This document shows positions 63,692 through 64,000 of a DNA stretch of 64,000 nucleotides, piece by piece. The translations under genes and the position numbers were made by a program. Source of the stretch: a virus. Its lineage: Duplodnaviria; Caudoviricetes. The DNA is taken from IMG/VR virus record IMGVR_UViG_2523533545_000002, positions 2,718 through 66,717 of that record; one strand, 5' to 3'. How positions within the stretch are numbered: the stretch's first letter is position 1; each line of letters begins with the position of its first letter. The notes beneath the pieces were generated by a model. It was not told the DNA's origin, did no database searches, and saw only the letters and a list, made by a program, of their open reading frames with translations.

Positions 63692-64000
63692 TTATTGGTT
63701 TTCAGCTGCGCTTCGGCAGCTCTCGCAGCGCCATCCTTTATAGCGCTCGGATTTTTCAAGGGCTGTAACCAATTCACGACCGCCTATAATATTCTGGCAG
63801 TTGTTATGTTTTTCATTTGGTTTTTTCATGCCCTCGCATTTTTTTTGCAGGAAAGGGCTTACCACTGCCTGTTGCTTTGACGAAAGCGCTCTAAATCCCT
63901 TGTCGACGGCTAGCTGGGCGTAGCTTTGTACGCTCGGCTTTTCATCTTGAAATGCGTTCTGCGCGATAAGGGCCGAGAAAATCTCTCGCTCGATAGTCAT
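63692..64000 (-). CDS. Hypothetical protein
   Basis: 102-aa AT-rich ORF with C-terminal Cys pairs. Confidence 0.55.
   Translation of the reverse strand: MTIEREIFSALIAQNAFQDEKPSVQSYAQLAVDKGFRALSSKQQAVVSPFLQKKCEGMKKPNEKHNNCQNIIGGRELVTALEKSERYKGWRCESCRSAAENQ

Overview
The window is almost entirely a lambdoid siphovirus-type prophage from a Pseudomonas-like host. Its left end and integrase lie outside the window, and its right att site is a 3' duplicate of tRNA-Cys at 62279-62326. The gene order is: early-left operon (C5 DNA methyltransferase, SSB/YqaJ/ERF recombination module, an Acb2-like anti-CBASS sponge), cI/cro switch with 15-bp operators, replication (O-like + DnaC-like), nin genes, Q-like regulator, holin, head and non-contractile tail genes, tail spike, endolysin/spanins, and two tandem acyltransferase-3 cargo genes. 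A separate 12,544-bp satellite (43375-55933) sits inside the late operon, between the tail-tip gene and the tail spike. It is bounded by a 15-bp direct repeat that is the core of the phage's own intrinsic terminator. It has a P4-like tyrosine integrase, AlpA, a PriCT2-TOPRIM-AAA primase-helicase and an iteron origin, but no recognisable capsid or terminase genes. Its cargo is a four-repeat Zn-finger/GIY-YIG-like (CapR-like) protein, a translationally coupled orphan ParA ATPase + class III nucleotidyl-cyclase-like pair (candidate undescribed defence or signalling system), and three envelope proteins. Relics of an older element (frameshifted integrase joined to tail-fibre genes) follow the att site. 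All family assignments are motif recognition by eye; no database searches were run.
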